In this document: piece after piece, positions 8,541-17,107 of the stretch
Layout: the number at the start of each line of letters is the position of its first letter
How positions within the stretch are numbered: the stretch's first letter is position 1
DNA from: Latescibacteria bacterium UBA6620
GTDB taxonomy: Bacteria > Latescibacterota > UBA2968
NCBI GenBank assembly: GCA_002433075.1
Contig: DJHM01000038.1
Location: forward strand, 4,075-68,074
Length of the DNA stretch: 64,000 nt
Direction: 5' to 3'
Made by a program: the position numbers and the translations under genes
The notes under the pieces: generated by a model
What the model was told of the DNA's origin: nothing
Databases searched by the model: none
The model's input: only the letters and a program-made list of their open reading frames with translations

Positions 8541-8755
8541 GTGGGGATTACTGTAGATCGTCAAAGGTCGAGTCCAGGGCGAATCAGTACCCTATTCGAA
8601 TAACTCCAGCTATAAACAAAGCCTGCCAATGGGTTTGGATTCGCGATCCCCGATGTGAACCCCCCATTCCCACCCGCGATTGAACCGGTATTTCACACTA
8701 TTTCTTGTTAACTCCAGGCGGGCTGCCCCGGTAAAACCGTTGTTCCGCAAATCCG

Positions 8756-9232
8756 TTATTCTGCGAGAAACTGCTCCCGAAGCTCTTCAAGGGGCACTAA
8801 GCGATCATCAGTTCGTGTAAAGAGGTAATCGTAGCCATTCAGCGCTTTGGTGTTCCCACCTTTTGAATTGACAACCGCTATGGCAAGCTTACTTGGAACC
8901 ACGTGCCGCTGTCCGTTGTATTCAACGCTCCCATCTATCTGCACTTTACCAGCATCAATATAAAGTTCCCCACCATCCCGGCTTTGGCGCTTTAATGCCT
9001 TGCATACTAGTTCACTGCCCGGAGTGAGAAGGCCAGCCCGCACAAACTCAGCAAACGTCACTCGACGGCTTCCCTGCCTGCGGGATACCGAAGACGGATC
9101 CGGCATTGCCGACGGTTGACTAGATAGAGAAGATTCAGATCTGTCCGGATCGAAATACCACTTCAGCAGCGCTTCCCGTAGGTCTTGTGGCATTTCGCGC
9201 AACTGGCCTTCGCTCAACGTAAGAAAATCCAT
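8756..9232 (-). CDS. hypothetical protein with C-terminal RAMA/DUF4357-like (restriction-enzyme-and-methylase-associated) domain
   Basis: 158 aa with AAGGAGG 6 nt upstream of the ATG. The C-terminal half (FAEFVRAGLLTPGSELVC...IDAGKVQIDGSVEYNGQRHVVPSKLAIAVVNSKGGNTKALNGYDYLF) fits the RAMA pattern. Lower GC than the core genome. Confidence 0.65.
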   Translation of the reverse strand: MDFLTLSEGQLREMPQDLREALLKWYFDPDRSESSLSSQPSAMPDPSSVSRRQGSRRVTFAEFVRAGLLTPGSELVCKALKRQSRDGGELYIDAGKVQIDGSVEYNGQRHVVPSKLAIAVVNSKGGNTKALNGYDYLFTRTDDRLVPLEELREQFLAE

Positions 9233-9237
9233 AAAAA

Positions 9238-9306
9238 CCCTCCTTGTCGTGTTCCTTTAACACACAGAATACAATTTGTTTATTGAAGGAATTGTTTCAA
9301 GGAGGA
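9238..9306 (-). promoter_or_regulatory. candidate SD-sequestering hairpin in the leader of the 158-aa gene
   Basis: In the minus-strand RNA, CCUCCUUG pairs perfectly with the CAAGGAGG that contains the SD. A second helix (UUCCUUCAA/UUAAAGGAA, 8 of 9) lies inside, with a 22-nt apical loop. Confidence 0.35.
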
Positions 9307-9339
9307 TTTATGCCCTGGTTGGCCTGTCCCAATTGGACG

Positions 9340-10048
9340 CTACGCTGTTGATGTGCGGTGTTCCGTTCTCAGTTGGATGCGGTATGTTGCTTGCGCCTCC
9401 CCGCCATCCCCCACTGGAACATCAAACACCGGCTCCGCAACCAGCTCAACCCATCCGGGCCTGGGCATTGTCACCACAACGCAACCGTCACCAAGGAAGT
9501 CCAACAGTGCTTGCCGCCTTAGGTGCTTGGACGGCTGTAAGTCGGTGTGGTCTTTGCGCTCATACAGCTTAAGCCGCCACCGGTAGCTTTCAATCAGCTT
9601 CTCAAGATTATCTAGGGATTCGCGCTCTAAGTCGTAAGCCGCAATCTCGCCCTCGATCTTGCTTATGTGCTGTTTGGTTGCTGTTACTTCATTTTCCGCT
9701 GCCTTGCGCTCGGCTAAAGCTTCCAGGGACGTGAGTGCGCCGTCTATTGCTAACCGCTTGATCCTTTCGATCCGGTCCAATCTACCTCCTAAGCTGTGTG
9801 TCAAGTCACTTCAGATGCTCTTCAAGCTGCGGCTGCGTGTCGTTCTCTTGTAGCTGCAATTCCGCAACCTGGCGAACCATCTTCGGATCACTCAGGTGGG
9901 GCCACACAATGTTCTCACACGCAGCAGTATCCAGAGCTTCGAGCGGCACGTAGGGGAGCTTACAGCACCTGTCAAGACTCACCTCGGACTTGGGAACCTT
10001 CCGCTTCTCGGCCACCCGTCGGCGCTCTTTGTTGTCGCACTTGTAGTG
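9340..10048 (-). pseudogene. large serine recombinase, C-terminal remnant (no catalytic N-terminal domain, one frameshift near 9805)
   Basis: ORFs 9806..10015 and 9340..9804 read CCKLPYVPLEALDTAACENIVWPHLSDP... then LDRIERIKRLAIDGALTSLEALAERKAAENE...coiled coil...LLDFLGDGCVVVTM. This is the zinc-ribbon and coiled-coil C-terminal part of LSRs. The resolvase and recombinase domains are absent. Confidence 0.6.
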
Positions 10049-10743
10049 ACCACGTCGTCCACGAGCCAGATGTGCTTGTCTTCAACCGAACCTTTCACGG
10101 AAAACGCCCCTTCCACATTTTCGCGACGTTCGTGGGTATCGAGCGCCGTCTGGCTGGATGTCGCCCTTATCCGGACCACAAGGTTGGTCGACAGTCGACC
10201 GAATCCAGAACGGCTCAATTCCCGTGCGATCAACTCACTTTGATTGTAGCCTCGCTCCCTCTGCCGACTCGAGTGGAGCGGAATCGGAACGATTTCCCTC
10301 GGCCCCCTCTGTTCGATGCCGATCCCGCGCAATCTTCGAATCAGTCCCCCAGCCAGGGTTTTCACGACAGCTGTCCGGTTCCGGTACTTCAGATCGTGCA
10401 GAAGCCTCTGCACACCTTCCTCGAACGAAAAGCCCACCACCAGCCTCCGAAAAATGAACGCCTTGTCCTCACGTATATTACATTATGCAACCTCCGGCTC
10501 GCCCGGACACCCACATCGGGGGCACCCATTCGCTTCCACATATCCAAGACTCTCCGAACAGTCCTCGCAGACCCTGGATTCCACGAAATTCTGCCTTTCA
10601 CCGCACAGAAGGCAGGCAGGCCGGGAGAGGAACGCCTCCAATACGATCGTCAATCGGGTCGCAAAGTGAGAAAAAACAGTGACGTAATCTGGCTCACTCT
10701 CGTTTTGGAGAGGACGATGCGTGTTTGGGGTAGAGTTATTCAA
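10033..10743 (-). pseudogene. comF: comF (ComFC-type amidophosphoribosyltransferase) 5' part, with in-frame TAA and truncated after the PRPP loop
   Basis: ORF 10483..10743 carries the N-terminal Cys pairs (CLLCGE...CEDC...CPRCG). After TAA at 10483-10485 the same frame continues REDKAFIFRRL...LKYRNR...PIPLHSSRQRERGYNQSEL...HIWLVDDVVTTSAT, then loses ComF similarity. Confidence 0.7.
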
Positions 10744-10766
10744 GAATCTTCACCGATTGGGCCAAA

Positions 10767-11209
10767 ATGGCGCAGCGTATTCTCGTCATCGACGATGAGC
10801 CTGAATTCAGATCCACCCTCTCCAACGTACTGAGGCGTGGGGCTATCAGGTCGACAATCCAGAGTATCTGGCCTCTTCTGTCGGCATTGGTCTCACGGGT
10901 GACTATGACCTCATCACCCTGGACCTGAAGATGCCCGGTGTGGATGGCCTCGACGTCGCGCGCCTCTATTCCAAGAAACTTCCCGAGACACCGCTTCTTG
11001 TGATTTCAGGCTATCTGGATGACCAGGCGGTCTCGTCTCTCGACGAAATGGGCGTGAACCTCCTCCTGGACAAGCCGGCCGGTGTCGGCGATCTCCTCGA
11101 GGCCGTTGACGCTGCCCTGATTACGCCCGTTCCGGAGCGCAATGCGACCGAAAAGCCCCGGAACAGACACACGAACGGACGCGCTACCCGGCACCACCGC
11201 AGAATCTGA
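10767..11209 (+). CDS. response regulator receiver protein (frameshifted as read near 10832)
   Basis: MAQRILVIDDEPEFRSTLSNVL (frame 0) continues in another frame as EAWGYQVDNPEYLASSVGIGLTGDYDLITLDLKMPGVDGLDVARLY...LLDKP. The slip is at a GG run. Confidence 0.7.
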
Positions 11210-11320
11210 CCTGCGTAGACTTTCCCTCCTGAACGTCCTACATTGTAGCGCACGGGAAGACCCCTCCCTGGTTCCCTCATCGATCATCATCCGCTCGAGC
11301 CCACTCGACCGGCAGACATC

Positions 11321-13273
11321 ATGAAAAACACCCGCGCCGTCATCTTCGACCTCGACGGCACTCTCTTCGACCTAGCACCCCTCGTGCACGCGGCCCGGAA
11401 TCGCGTGGCCGCACTGCTTCACGCAGCCGGGTTCTTTGCGTCGGAGAGCTACGCGCTCAAGAGGATCAACGAACTCGAAAAACGCCACGGCCCCTACTAC
11501 TCGTCTTCGCCCTACTACTTCGCATTCTTCGACATCGCCAAGTCCATTTATCGAGAAAAGCCCGACAAGTGTTCGGCATTCCTCCGTACCTACGGGCACG
11601 CCGATGGCGATCCGATCGAGCAGCTCGTATCCGTGCTCGAGCAAGCTTACAACGCGGAGGATGTGGAGAACATCTCGCCCTATCCAGATGCGATTCAGAC
11701 CTTGGAGGAACTCAGAGCTGCCGGGTGCAGAACCTACCTGGTCTCGATCGGGCGACCCGGACGACAGCAGAACAAAATCGACAAGCTTGGTATCGCTCCC
11801 CTGTTTGACCGCATTATCAACGAAGGCCCGCCCTCTCACACCTACTGGTTCAACGAAATTCTGAGCGACGGAGGATACCGCCCGGACGAAGTCATCGTCG
11901 TTGGAGACCGCGCAGAAGACGAGATCCGTTCGGGCAACCGACTTGGCCTCACGACCGTCTGGCTGAGACGCGGGCGCTACGGTGAGATCGATCCTGGCGA
12001 AGGCGACCGTCCCGATATCGAGGTCGGATTCCTCGCCCAGGTCTCAACCCTGGTCCACCTCGCTCGTGTAGGGAAGGACAGGGAACATTTCAGTACGGTC
12101 GTCATCGGTGGCGGCACGGGACTGCCCACCGTGCTTCGTGGAATCCGGGCGTTCGACCGGAATCCCACGGCCATCGTCGCCGTCACCGATACCGGGGCGT
12201 CATCGGGCCGCATTCGCTGGAATCTCGGTGTACAACCTCCCGGGGACATTCGGAACGCCCTTACCGCGCTCGCGGACCCCGACCTGGTTTCCCCCGGCCT
12301 CTTCAGGGTCTTTCAGCATCGTTTTCCAAACGACGAGGCAGAAGCGGGCATCTTCAAGAACGATCATATCGGCAACTTTCTTGTCGCCGCCCTGACGCAG
12401 CAACTCGGAAACTTTCAGCACGCGATCCAGACCGCTTCGGAGATGCTGTACGTAAGAGGCACGATTCTACCGGCCAGTGTCGACAACGTCGACATCTGCG
12501 CCGAGCTCGAGAACGGCGAACATCGGTACACCGAGTGGATGGTCCGAAAACCGGGGAAAGCCCCACTCAAACGAGCCTACCTGGTGTCGAACCGTGAGCT
12601 CCTCGACGAACTCGACCGCAAGGGGGGATCGATCAAGCGAGTCGAGGACCCCGTTACGGGGCAGGTCGAGGTTCACGGCAGGAAGGGCGCTACTTTCGCA
12701 CCGGGATCCAAGTCGTTACAGGCACCCGAAGAAGCCATCGCCTCGATTCGGGAAGCGGACCTCGTCATTCTGGGTCCGGGCAGTCTTTACACGAGCGTGA
12801 TCACGAACCTGCTCGTCCCCGGAATCCGGAAGGCTCTGCTCTCCCGCTCGAACGGGAAGACCTGCTACGTGTGCAACATCACGACGCAGCCCGGTCAATC
12901 GGACGGCTTCAAGGCATCGGATCACGTCAAGGCGATCGTCAACCACCTGAAAAACGGGAACGCCCGCGACGTCTTCGACTGCGTACTGGTTCAGGAAACC
13001 GCGGTATTCGAGACCGACAAAAGCAAGGCTTGGGGACCGCTGCTTCAGCGCTACGCCGAAGACGACAAAGTCCTCGTCGAAGCGGACGAGGAGCTGGATC
13101 GTGTCGCGAACTGGATGAAGGCCGACTTCGTCGAGGAGTACAGTCCCGACGTAATGGGGCGAGGCGTCGGCGACTTCATCAGCCACGACTCCAACAAGGT
13201 GGCAGACGCCCTCTGTCGAGTCTATTGCGGCCTGCCCATCCCCGACTACTGGGGGCTCCGCACCGGGGAATGA
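11321..13273 (+). CDS. fusion protein: N-terminal HAD-superfamily hydrolase + C-terminal YvcK/CofD-family (UPF0052, gluconeogenesis-factor-like) domain
   Basis: 650 aa. HAD motif I is VIFDLDGTLFD. From about aa 260, VVIGGGTGLPTVLRGIR...IVAVTDTGASSGRIR...PPGDIRNALTALA is typical of YvcK/CofD. Confidence 0.85.
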   Translation: MKNTRAVIFDLDGTLFDLAPLVHAARNRVAALLHAAGFFASESYALKRINELEKRHGPYYSSSPYYFAFFDIAKSIYREKPDKCSAFLRTYGHADGDPIEQLVSVLEQAYNAEDVENISPYPDAIQTLEELRAAGCRTYLVSIGRPGRQQNKIDKLGIAPLFDRIINEGPPSHTYWFNEILSDGGYRPDEVIVVGDRAEDEIRSGNRLGLTTVWLRRGRYGEIDPGEGDRPDIEVGFLAQVSTLVHLARVGKDREHFSTVVIGGGTGLPTVLRGIRAFDRNPTAIVAVTDTGASSGRIRWNLGVQPPGDIRNALTALADPDLVSPGLFRVFQHRFPNDEAEAGIFKNDHIGNFLVAALTQQLGNFQHAIQTASEMLYVRGTILPASVDNVDICAELENGEHRYTEWMVRKPGKAPLKRAYLVSNRELLDELDRKGGSIKRVEDPVTGQVEVHGRKGATFAPGSKSLQAPEEAIASIREADLVILGPGSLYTSVITNLLVPGIRKALLSRSNGKTCYVCNITTQPGQSDGFKASDHVKAIVNHLKNGNARDVFDCVLVQETAVFETDKSKAWGPLLQRYAEDDKVLVEADEELDRVANWMKADFVEEYSPDVMGRGVGDFISHDSNKVADALCRVYCGLPIPDYWGLRTGE

Positions 13274-13959
13274 GCCGCCCCACGATCGGCGGGGTCATCT
13301 TGGACCTCGACGACACCCTCTTCGACTGCACCGGCCTCCTCACCGAGCCCGCAAGACGACGTGCCGCAACCGTCCTCGCTCGATCGGGTCACCTCGCGGA
13401 GGGAGATGCCTTCCATTTGCAAGTCGAGTGGTCGGCGAAATTAGGATCGACGGAAGCCCTTCGGGAGATCGCACGGCTCCACGGGTTCGCGGATGACGTC
13501 CTGAATGAGGCACTCGCGACCTACAACACGCCAGATGTACCCCCCATCGCCCCTTTCCCAGATGCCGTTTCAACCCTCCTGGCACTCAAAGACAACGGGC
13601 TTCCCCTGACCCTCGTAACGTCGGGTGTCCCGGAACGTCAGCGGGCGAAAATCGAAAGACTGGGTTTGGCCGAGTTCTTTTCCAAGGACATCGGAAACCT
13701 GTTCCTGCACGATCCAACGGCCGAACAACAAGGCAAGGGTCCACACCTGTCTGCGGCCGCTACGTGGATGGGCGTCACCAACGACAGTACCGCCGTCGTG
13801 GGTGACAAGCTGGATAGCGAAATCGAGGCCGGCAACAGATTGGGGATGGTGACCATCCACATCAGGCTGGGATTGCCTGCCGCCCCCACCACACCGGAAC
13901 AGAAACCCGATTACGAAATCGACGGCCTGGCGGAACTGGTCGACCTACTCAGCTCCTGA
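13270..13959 (+). CDS. HAD-superfamily hydrolase
   Basis: The internal Met of ORF 12871..13959 (MSRPTIGGVILDLDDTLFD) overlaps the upstream stop as ATGA. HAD motifs DxDxT, LVTSG and VGDKLDSEI are present. The upstream 133 codons are an Arg-rich out-of-frame overlap. Confidence 0.8.
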   Translation: MSRPTIGGVILDLDDTLFDCTGLLTEPARRRAATVLARSGHLAEGDAFHLQVEWSAKLGSTEALREIARLHGFADDVLNEALATYNTPDVPPIAPFPDAVSTLLALKDNGLPLTLVTSGVPERQRAKIERLGLAEFFSKDIGNLFLHDPTAEQQGKGPHLSAAATWMGVTNDSTAVVGDKLDSEIEAGNRLGMVTIHIRLGLPAAPTTPEQKPDYEIDGLAELVDLLSS

Positions 13960-13962
13960 CAG

Positions 13963-14745
13963 TCAGGCGATCCACCACCGCATCTCGACCTGATCTCCGC
14001 GACGAAGATCCAGCTGTTCGCTCGCGCTCCCTCCTCGCACCGAAATTTCCACCGTCTCCTGACTTCCCACCAGTGCGAGCACTTCGCCTTCTCCCACATC
14101 CGCGTAGGTGCGCCTCACGCCCCGTGCCGTCGTCGACGCCACGGACACTTCGACCTCTTCTTCCATCGGCGCGTCTCGCCGGTCCAGGTTCGTGACCGCA
14201 TTCCCGAACCGATCGATGTGAACGATCCGACCTCGAACCCAGCCATCGCCCCGTTCGACCTCCCACAAACCCAATCGGACGGGCTTGTCGATGGGCTCGC
14301 CGAAGTTCGACAAAGGCTCCCCCATCGCCAAGTGCCCGGCTGCCGGAGCGAAGACATCACGGCCGTGGAATGTCGCACTCACCACCGGACGCATCACTTC
14401 CGGATTGGCGATGGAGACGGCCCGGATGGGCTCGCGGTCCAGAAGTGGCGTCAGCACCCCGTTGTCGGGGGCGACGTAGAGCCCGTGCTCGGTTTCAAGA
14501 ATCATCCCTTTTCGGTCTGAGCCCACGCCCGGATCCACCACCACAATGTGAATGGTGTCCGTCGGGAACAGGCCCATCAGCGTGGACACGCTGTAGGCGC
14601 CCCCCCAGATATCCTGAGCATCGATCTCGTGGGTCACATCGACGATCTGGATGTCGGGAACCAGGCTCAACAGCACGCCTTTCATCGCCGCGACGTAGGT
14701 ATCGCTTCCTCCGAAATCCGTCGTCAGCGTGATCACTCGACTCAC
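13963..14745 (-). CDS. SAM hydroxide adenosyltransferase family protein (DUF62, fluorinase/chlorinase-like fold)
   Basis: 260 aa starting MSRVITLTTDFGGSDTYVAAMKGVLLS..., the signature N-terminus of this family. Confidence 0.85.
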   Translation of the reverse strand: MSRVITLTTDFGGSDTYVAAMKGVLLSLVPDIQIVDVTHEIDAQDIWGGAYSVSTLMGLFPTDTIHIVVVDPGVGSDRKGMILETEHGLYVAPDNGVLTPLLDREPIRAVSIANPEVMRPVVSATFHGRDVFAPAAGHLAMGEPLSNFGEPIDKPVRLGLWEVERGDGWVRGRIVHIDRFGNAVTNLDRRDAPMEEEVEVSVASTTARGVRRTYADVGEGEVLALVGSQETVEISVRGGSASEQLDLRRGDQVEMRWWIA

Positions 14746-14878
14746 GATGTCCTCGAATGATTCAGGGGGTCCGAAATGTGACAGGCCGGGACGAACCTAA
14801 AACGTTCCGACCCGGGCTGGCATCCACAGCACCCTGGAAAAAACCTCAACGATTTTCCATAAGCAATTGAAAGACAGT

Positions 14879-15526
14879 TTAATACAGATACATACACCTA
14901 AAAAATGATGACACATCTAGATCGTGATGGTGCCGGATGGGGACGGTCATGTTGGGTGGAAGGTTCCACCGGGAGGCCAGGTGGGTGCCAATTTCGGCGT
15001 GATTCGTTCCGAGCGCCTCGGACTCGGCTTTGGCGTGGTGGAGATCCCTTTCCTCTGCCATGGCCAGGGCATACCCGTGGAGGACGGGCAGATATCGTGC
15101 GAGCAGGTAGGTACCGATGTTCTGAAGGAGAGAAACAGTGAAGATGCCGTGAGAGGCCTCACGGTTGACGTGTGAAGTGATCATCACGGCCGCAACAGCG
15201 TTGGCGAGGGAGCACTCCCAGAATGCCTCGTAGTCAAAGCCGACCACATCCACCTTGGGGAGGCTGCTCATCGCTGCCAGACCCAACGCCAGCGACCCGA
15301 CCTGTTTGAACCCCATCAGGCTGACCGCTTCATTCACGCTGCTGATCCCGCGGCTGAACCCGTAGAACGGCGAGTTGATGATCTGAAGGACCTTGGCCGA
15401 CAACGCCATATCCTTTTCGATCAGACCCGCTACCTCTTTGACCGTCGTTCCGGGCCCGTCCGTCGCTTCGATCACCCGGGTCGCAACGTTCGGGAGTGCG
15501 GGCAGACTTCCAGCCGCCTCGATCAA
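14879..15526 (-). CDS. HDOD domain-containing signalling protein
   Basis: 215 aa with LSAKVLQIINSPFYGFSRGISSVNEAVSLMGFKQV and GTNHAEIGTHLASRWNLP motifs. Confidence 0.8.
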   Translation of the reverse strand: MIEAAGSLPALPNVATRVIEATDGPGTTVKEVAGLIEKDMALSAKVLQIINSPFYGFSRGISSVNEAVSLMGFKQVGSLALGLAAMSSLPKVDVVGFDYEAFWECSLANAVAAVMITSHVNREASHGIFTVSLLQNIGTYLLARYLPVLHGYALAMAEERDLHHAKAESEALGTNHAEIGTHLASRWNLPPNMTVPIRHHHDLDVSSFFRCMYLY

Positions 15527-15627
15527 GCGGATGACGTCCCCTTCCCGGATTTATAGTGCCATCCAGGCGTAGCCCAGACGCCCCGTGGTTGGCGCGTCAC
15601 CACTACCGATTCTCCCCCGATGATGAA

Positions 15628-15999
15628 CTAAGCCAATGCCGCCCAGACGGACTCGATGAGAACTTCGGGCTTCACGGGCTTTTGCAGCGTGGACATCGCC
15701 CCAAGTTGTTCGGCGAGCCTGAAGATGTCAAACTTTTCCCTGAGATCGATCCCTGAAACGACGATCAGACGGGCATCCGGGTCGAATTCACGAACTTTTC
15801 CGATCACATCGAGCCCGCCCTTCTCCGGCATGAAGAGATCGGTCACGACGACATCGATCGGCTCCGCCTTGTAGGTCTGAATCCCCTCGTCGCTGTTTGT
15901 CGCTTCCACGACTTGCAGCCCCTCTTTTTCCAGAATTTCCCGCAGGATCGCCCGGGAAACACTGTCATCATCCACCACAAGGATTCGTGCCGCAGTCAC
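15628..15999 (-). CDS. response regulator (stand-alone CheY-like receiver)
   Basis: 123 aa with ILVVDDD, DVVVTDLFMPEKGG and LQKP. It overlaps the kinase stop by 4 nt. Confidence 0.9.
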   Translation of the reverse strand: MTAARILVVDDDSVSRAILREILEKEGLQVVEATNSDEGIQTYKAEPIDVVVTDLFMPEKGGLDVIGKVREFDPDARLIVVSGIDLREKFDIFRLAEQLGAMSTLQKPVKPEVLIESVWAALA

Positions 16000-16805
16000 A
16001 GATCCTCACTCTCTGAAAGGGTAAGATCCGGGCCCGCCACCGGGATCCGGAATGCGAAAGTCGTACCCTCAGAGGCCGAGGAGGTCACATCAATCGTACC
16101 GTCGTGCGCCTCGACGAACAACCTCGCGATGGTCGTTCCCAACCCCGTCCCCTTATTGGCCCGCTTGGTCGTGTTGAACTTTTCGAAGATCGTCGCAAGG
16201 CGATCTGGCGGAATCGGCTCTCCGCCGTTCGTCACGCGAACCTCGACCTCTTCCCCGTGCGGGATGACTTCGACCAGAACTTCCCCGTCATCGTGCTCGA
16301 GTGCGTTCTTCAGTAGATTGGCGAGGGCACGCTGCAGAATCGGAGGATCGTGGACGATCGACAGTGGCTCCGGGCCGTGACGCTTGAAGGAGTCCCACTC
16401 CTCCCTCATCTCACTCATGTGAGTCTCCAGCTCACGACGCTTCGAGATTTTGATCAGGGTTTCGATGTAGAACTGGTCCTCGTCTCGCGCGACAATGCCG
16501 ATAGGCATTTCCACCGGAACACGTTGCTCGTCCCAACCCACCAGTTCGATCTCGATGCCCGCCAGCGTCTGCTCGTCCGACGAGGAGAGATCTTCGCGTA
16601 CCATCTCCCACGTGAGGGAATGCACCTTGCTGAAGTCCTGCCCGATCAGCTCCCCGAGGGGATAGCCCGTAAGTTCGGCAGCCTGGCTGTTGGCCTGGAG
16701 AATCTGTCCCGTATCCGGATCCCCGATGAAGACCGCATCGGCAATGCTCTCGAACAGGTTGCGATGCTCCTTTTCCAGGACGCGGATTTCGCGAAGATCG
16801 CGCAA
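15996..16805 (-). CDS. PAS-domain sensor histidine kinase (C-terminal ORF of an interrupted gene)
   Basis: 269 aa with a PAS region (NLFESIADAVFIGDPDTGQILQAN) and an HATPase_c domain (LANLLKNALEH...GTGLGTTIARLFVEAHDG). It is preceded in frame by TAG at 16821-16823. Confidence 0.8.
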   Translation of the reverse strand: MRDLREIRVLEKEHRNLFESIADAVFIGDPDTGQILQANSQAAELTGYPLGELIGQDFSKVHSLTWEMVREDLSSSDEQTLAGIEIELVGWDEQRVPVEMPIGIVARDEDQFYIETLIKISKRRELETHMSEMREEWDSFKRHGPEPLSIVHDPPILQRALANLLKNALEHDDGEVLVEVIPHGEEVEVRVTNGGEPIPPDRLATIFEKFNTTKRANKGTGLGTTIARLFVEAHDGTIDVTSSASEGTTFAFRIPVAGPDLTLSESEDL

Positions 16806-16823
16806 GCGGACTAGAAAATCCTA

Positions 16824-17107
16824 TTCTCCCTCGATCGCCCGAACTTCCAACATCATCGGGACGTGCCGCCCGTCGGCTGAGAGTACACCGACTTCGATCT
16901 CCGGCATGTCGGTCCCTCACGCACTCCGCGCAGAACGACCTCGAAGCCTGAGCGGCTCGACTCTTCGAGCAGCTCCGAGACCGCACGCTCTCTCAGGTCC
17001 GCAGCTGCGTATCCAAGGATATCGGTATACCGCGCGTTCGCTACGCCTACCTGACCTTCCTGATCGATCGTCAGGAGCAGGTCGGGGGGCGATGTCGAAT
17101 TGTTCAC
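16824..17107 (-). pseudogene. N-terminal PAS segment of the same kinase (frameshift near 16908-16918, then in-frame TAG)
   Basis: MNNSTSPPDLLLTIDQEGQVGVANARYTDILGYAAADL... switches frame at GAGGGACC to ...TDMPEIEVGVLSADGRHVPMMLEVRAIEGE, then TAG, and then continues in frame into the 15996..16805 ORF. Confidence 0.55.

Larger units (their letters stand above)
8087..10041. mobile_element. decayed integrative-element remnant inserted in comF
   Basis: It lies between the two comF pieces and is visibly lower in GC than its flanks. It contains a large-serine-recombinase C-terminal remnant, a RAMA-like gene with a strong SD, and ~670 bp of hairpin-rich non-coding DNA. Boundaries are +/- 80 bp. Confidence 0.5.

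Noticed and set aside
7740-8560. Possible RNase P RNA, tmRNA, SRP or 6S RNA in the large non-coding region between pfk and the RAMA-like gene.
   Set aside because: I looked for GAGGAAAGUCCGGGC and ACAGAAACCGGCUUA (RNase P), GGGG...UUCGACG 5' and UCCACCA 3' ends with a tag ORF (tmRNA), and GGUCCGGAAGGAAGCAGC (SRP) on both strands. I found only short chance similarities, for example CCCCAUAGGGACAGG, which lies inside the comF 3' fragment.
8087-8756. IS110-type bridge RNA, an IscB/TnpB omega RNA or a retron msr-msd in the element's non-coding part.
   Set aside because: No DEDD/Ser IS110 transposase, IscB/TnpB or reverse transcriptase gene is present. The only recombinase is a large-serine-recombinase C-terminal remnant, which has no known guide RNA.
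9310-9351. A 13-codon plus-strand ORF (MPWLACPNWTLRC) with a perfect AAGGAGG SD.
   Set aside because: The SD is simply the complementary arm of the anti-SD/SD palindrome belonging to the minus-strand 158-aa gene. The ORF overlaps the recombinase remnant, and nothing supports it as a peptide gene.
12871-13269. N-terminal extensions of track ORFs 12871..13959, 18786..20240, 53190..55112, 35773..37056, 3065..3532 and 5466..6491.
   Set aside because: The extensions overlap the preceding gene in another frame and are Arg-rich and low-complexity. They precede an internal Met that sits at a classic stop-start overlap or after an SD. Shorter starts were adopted.
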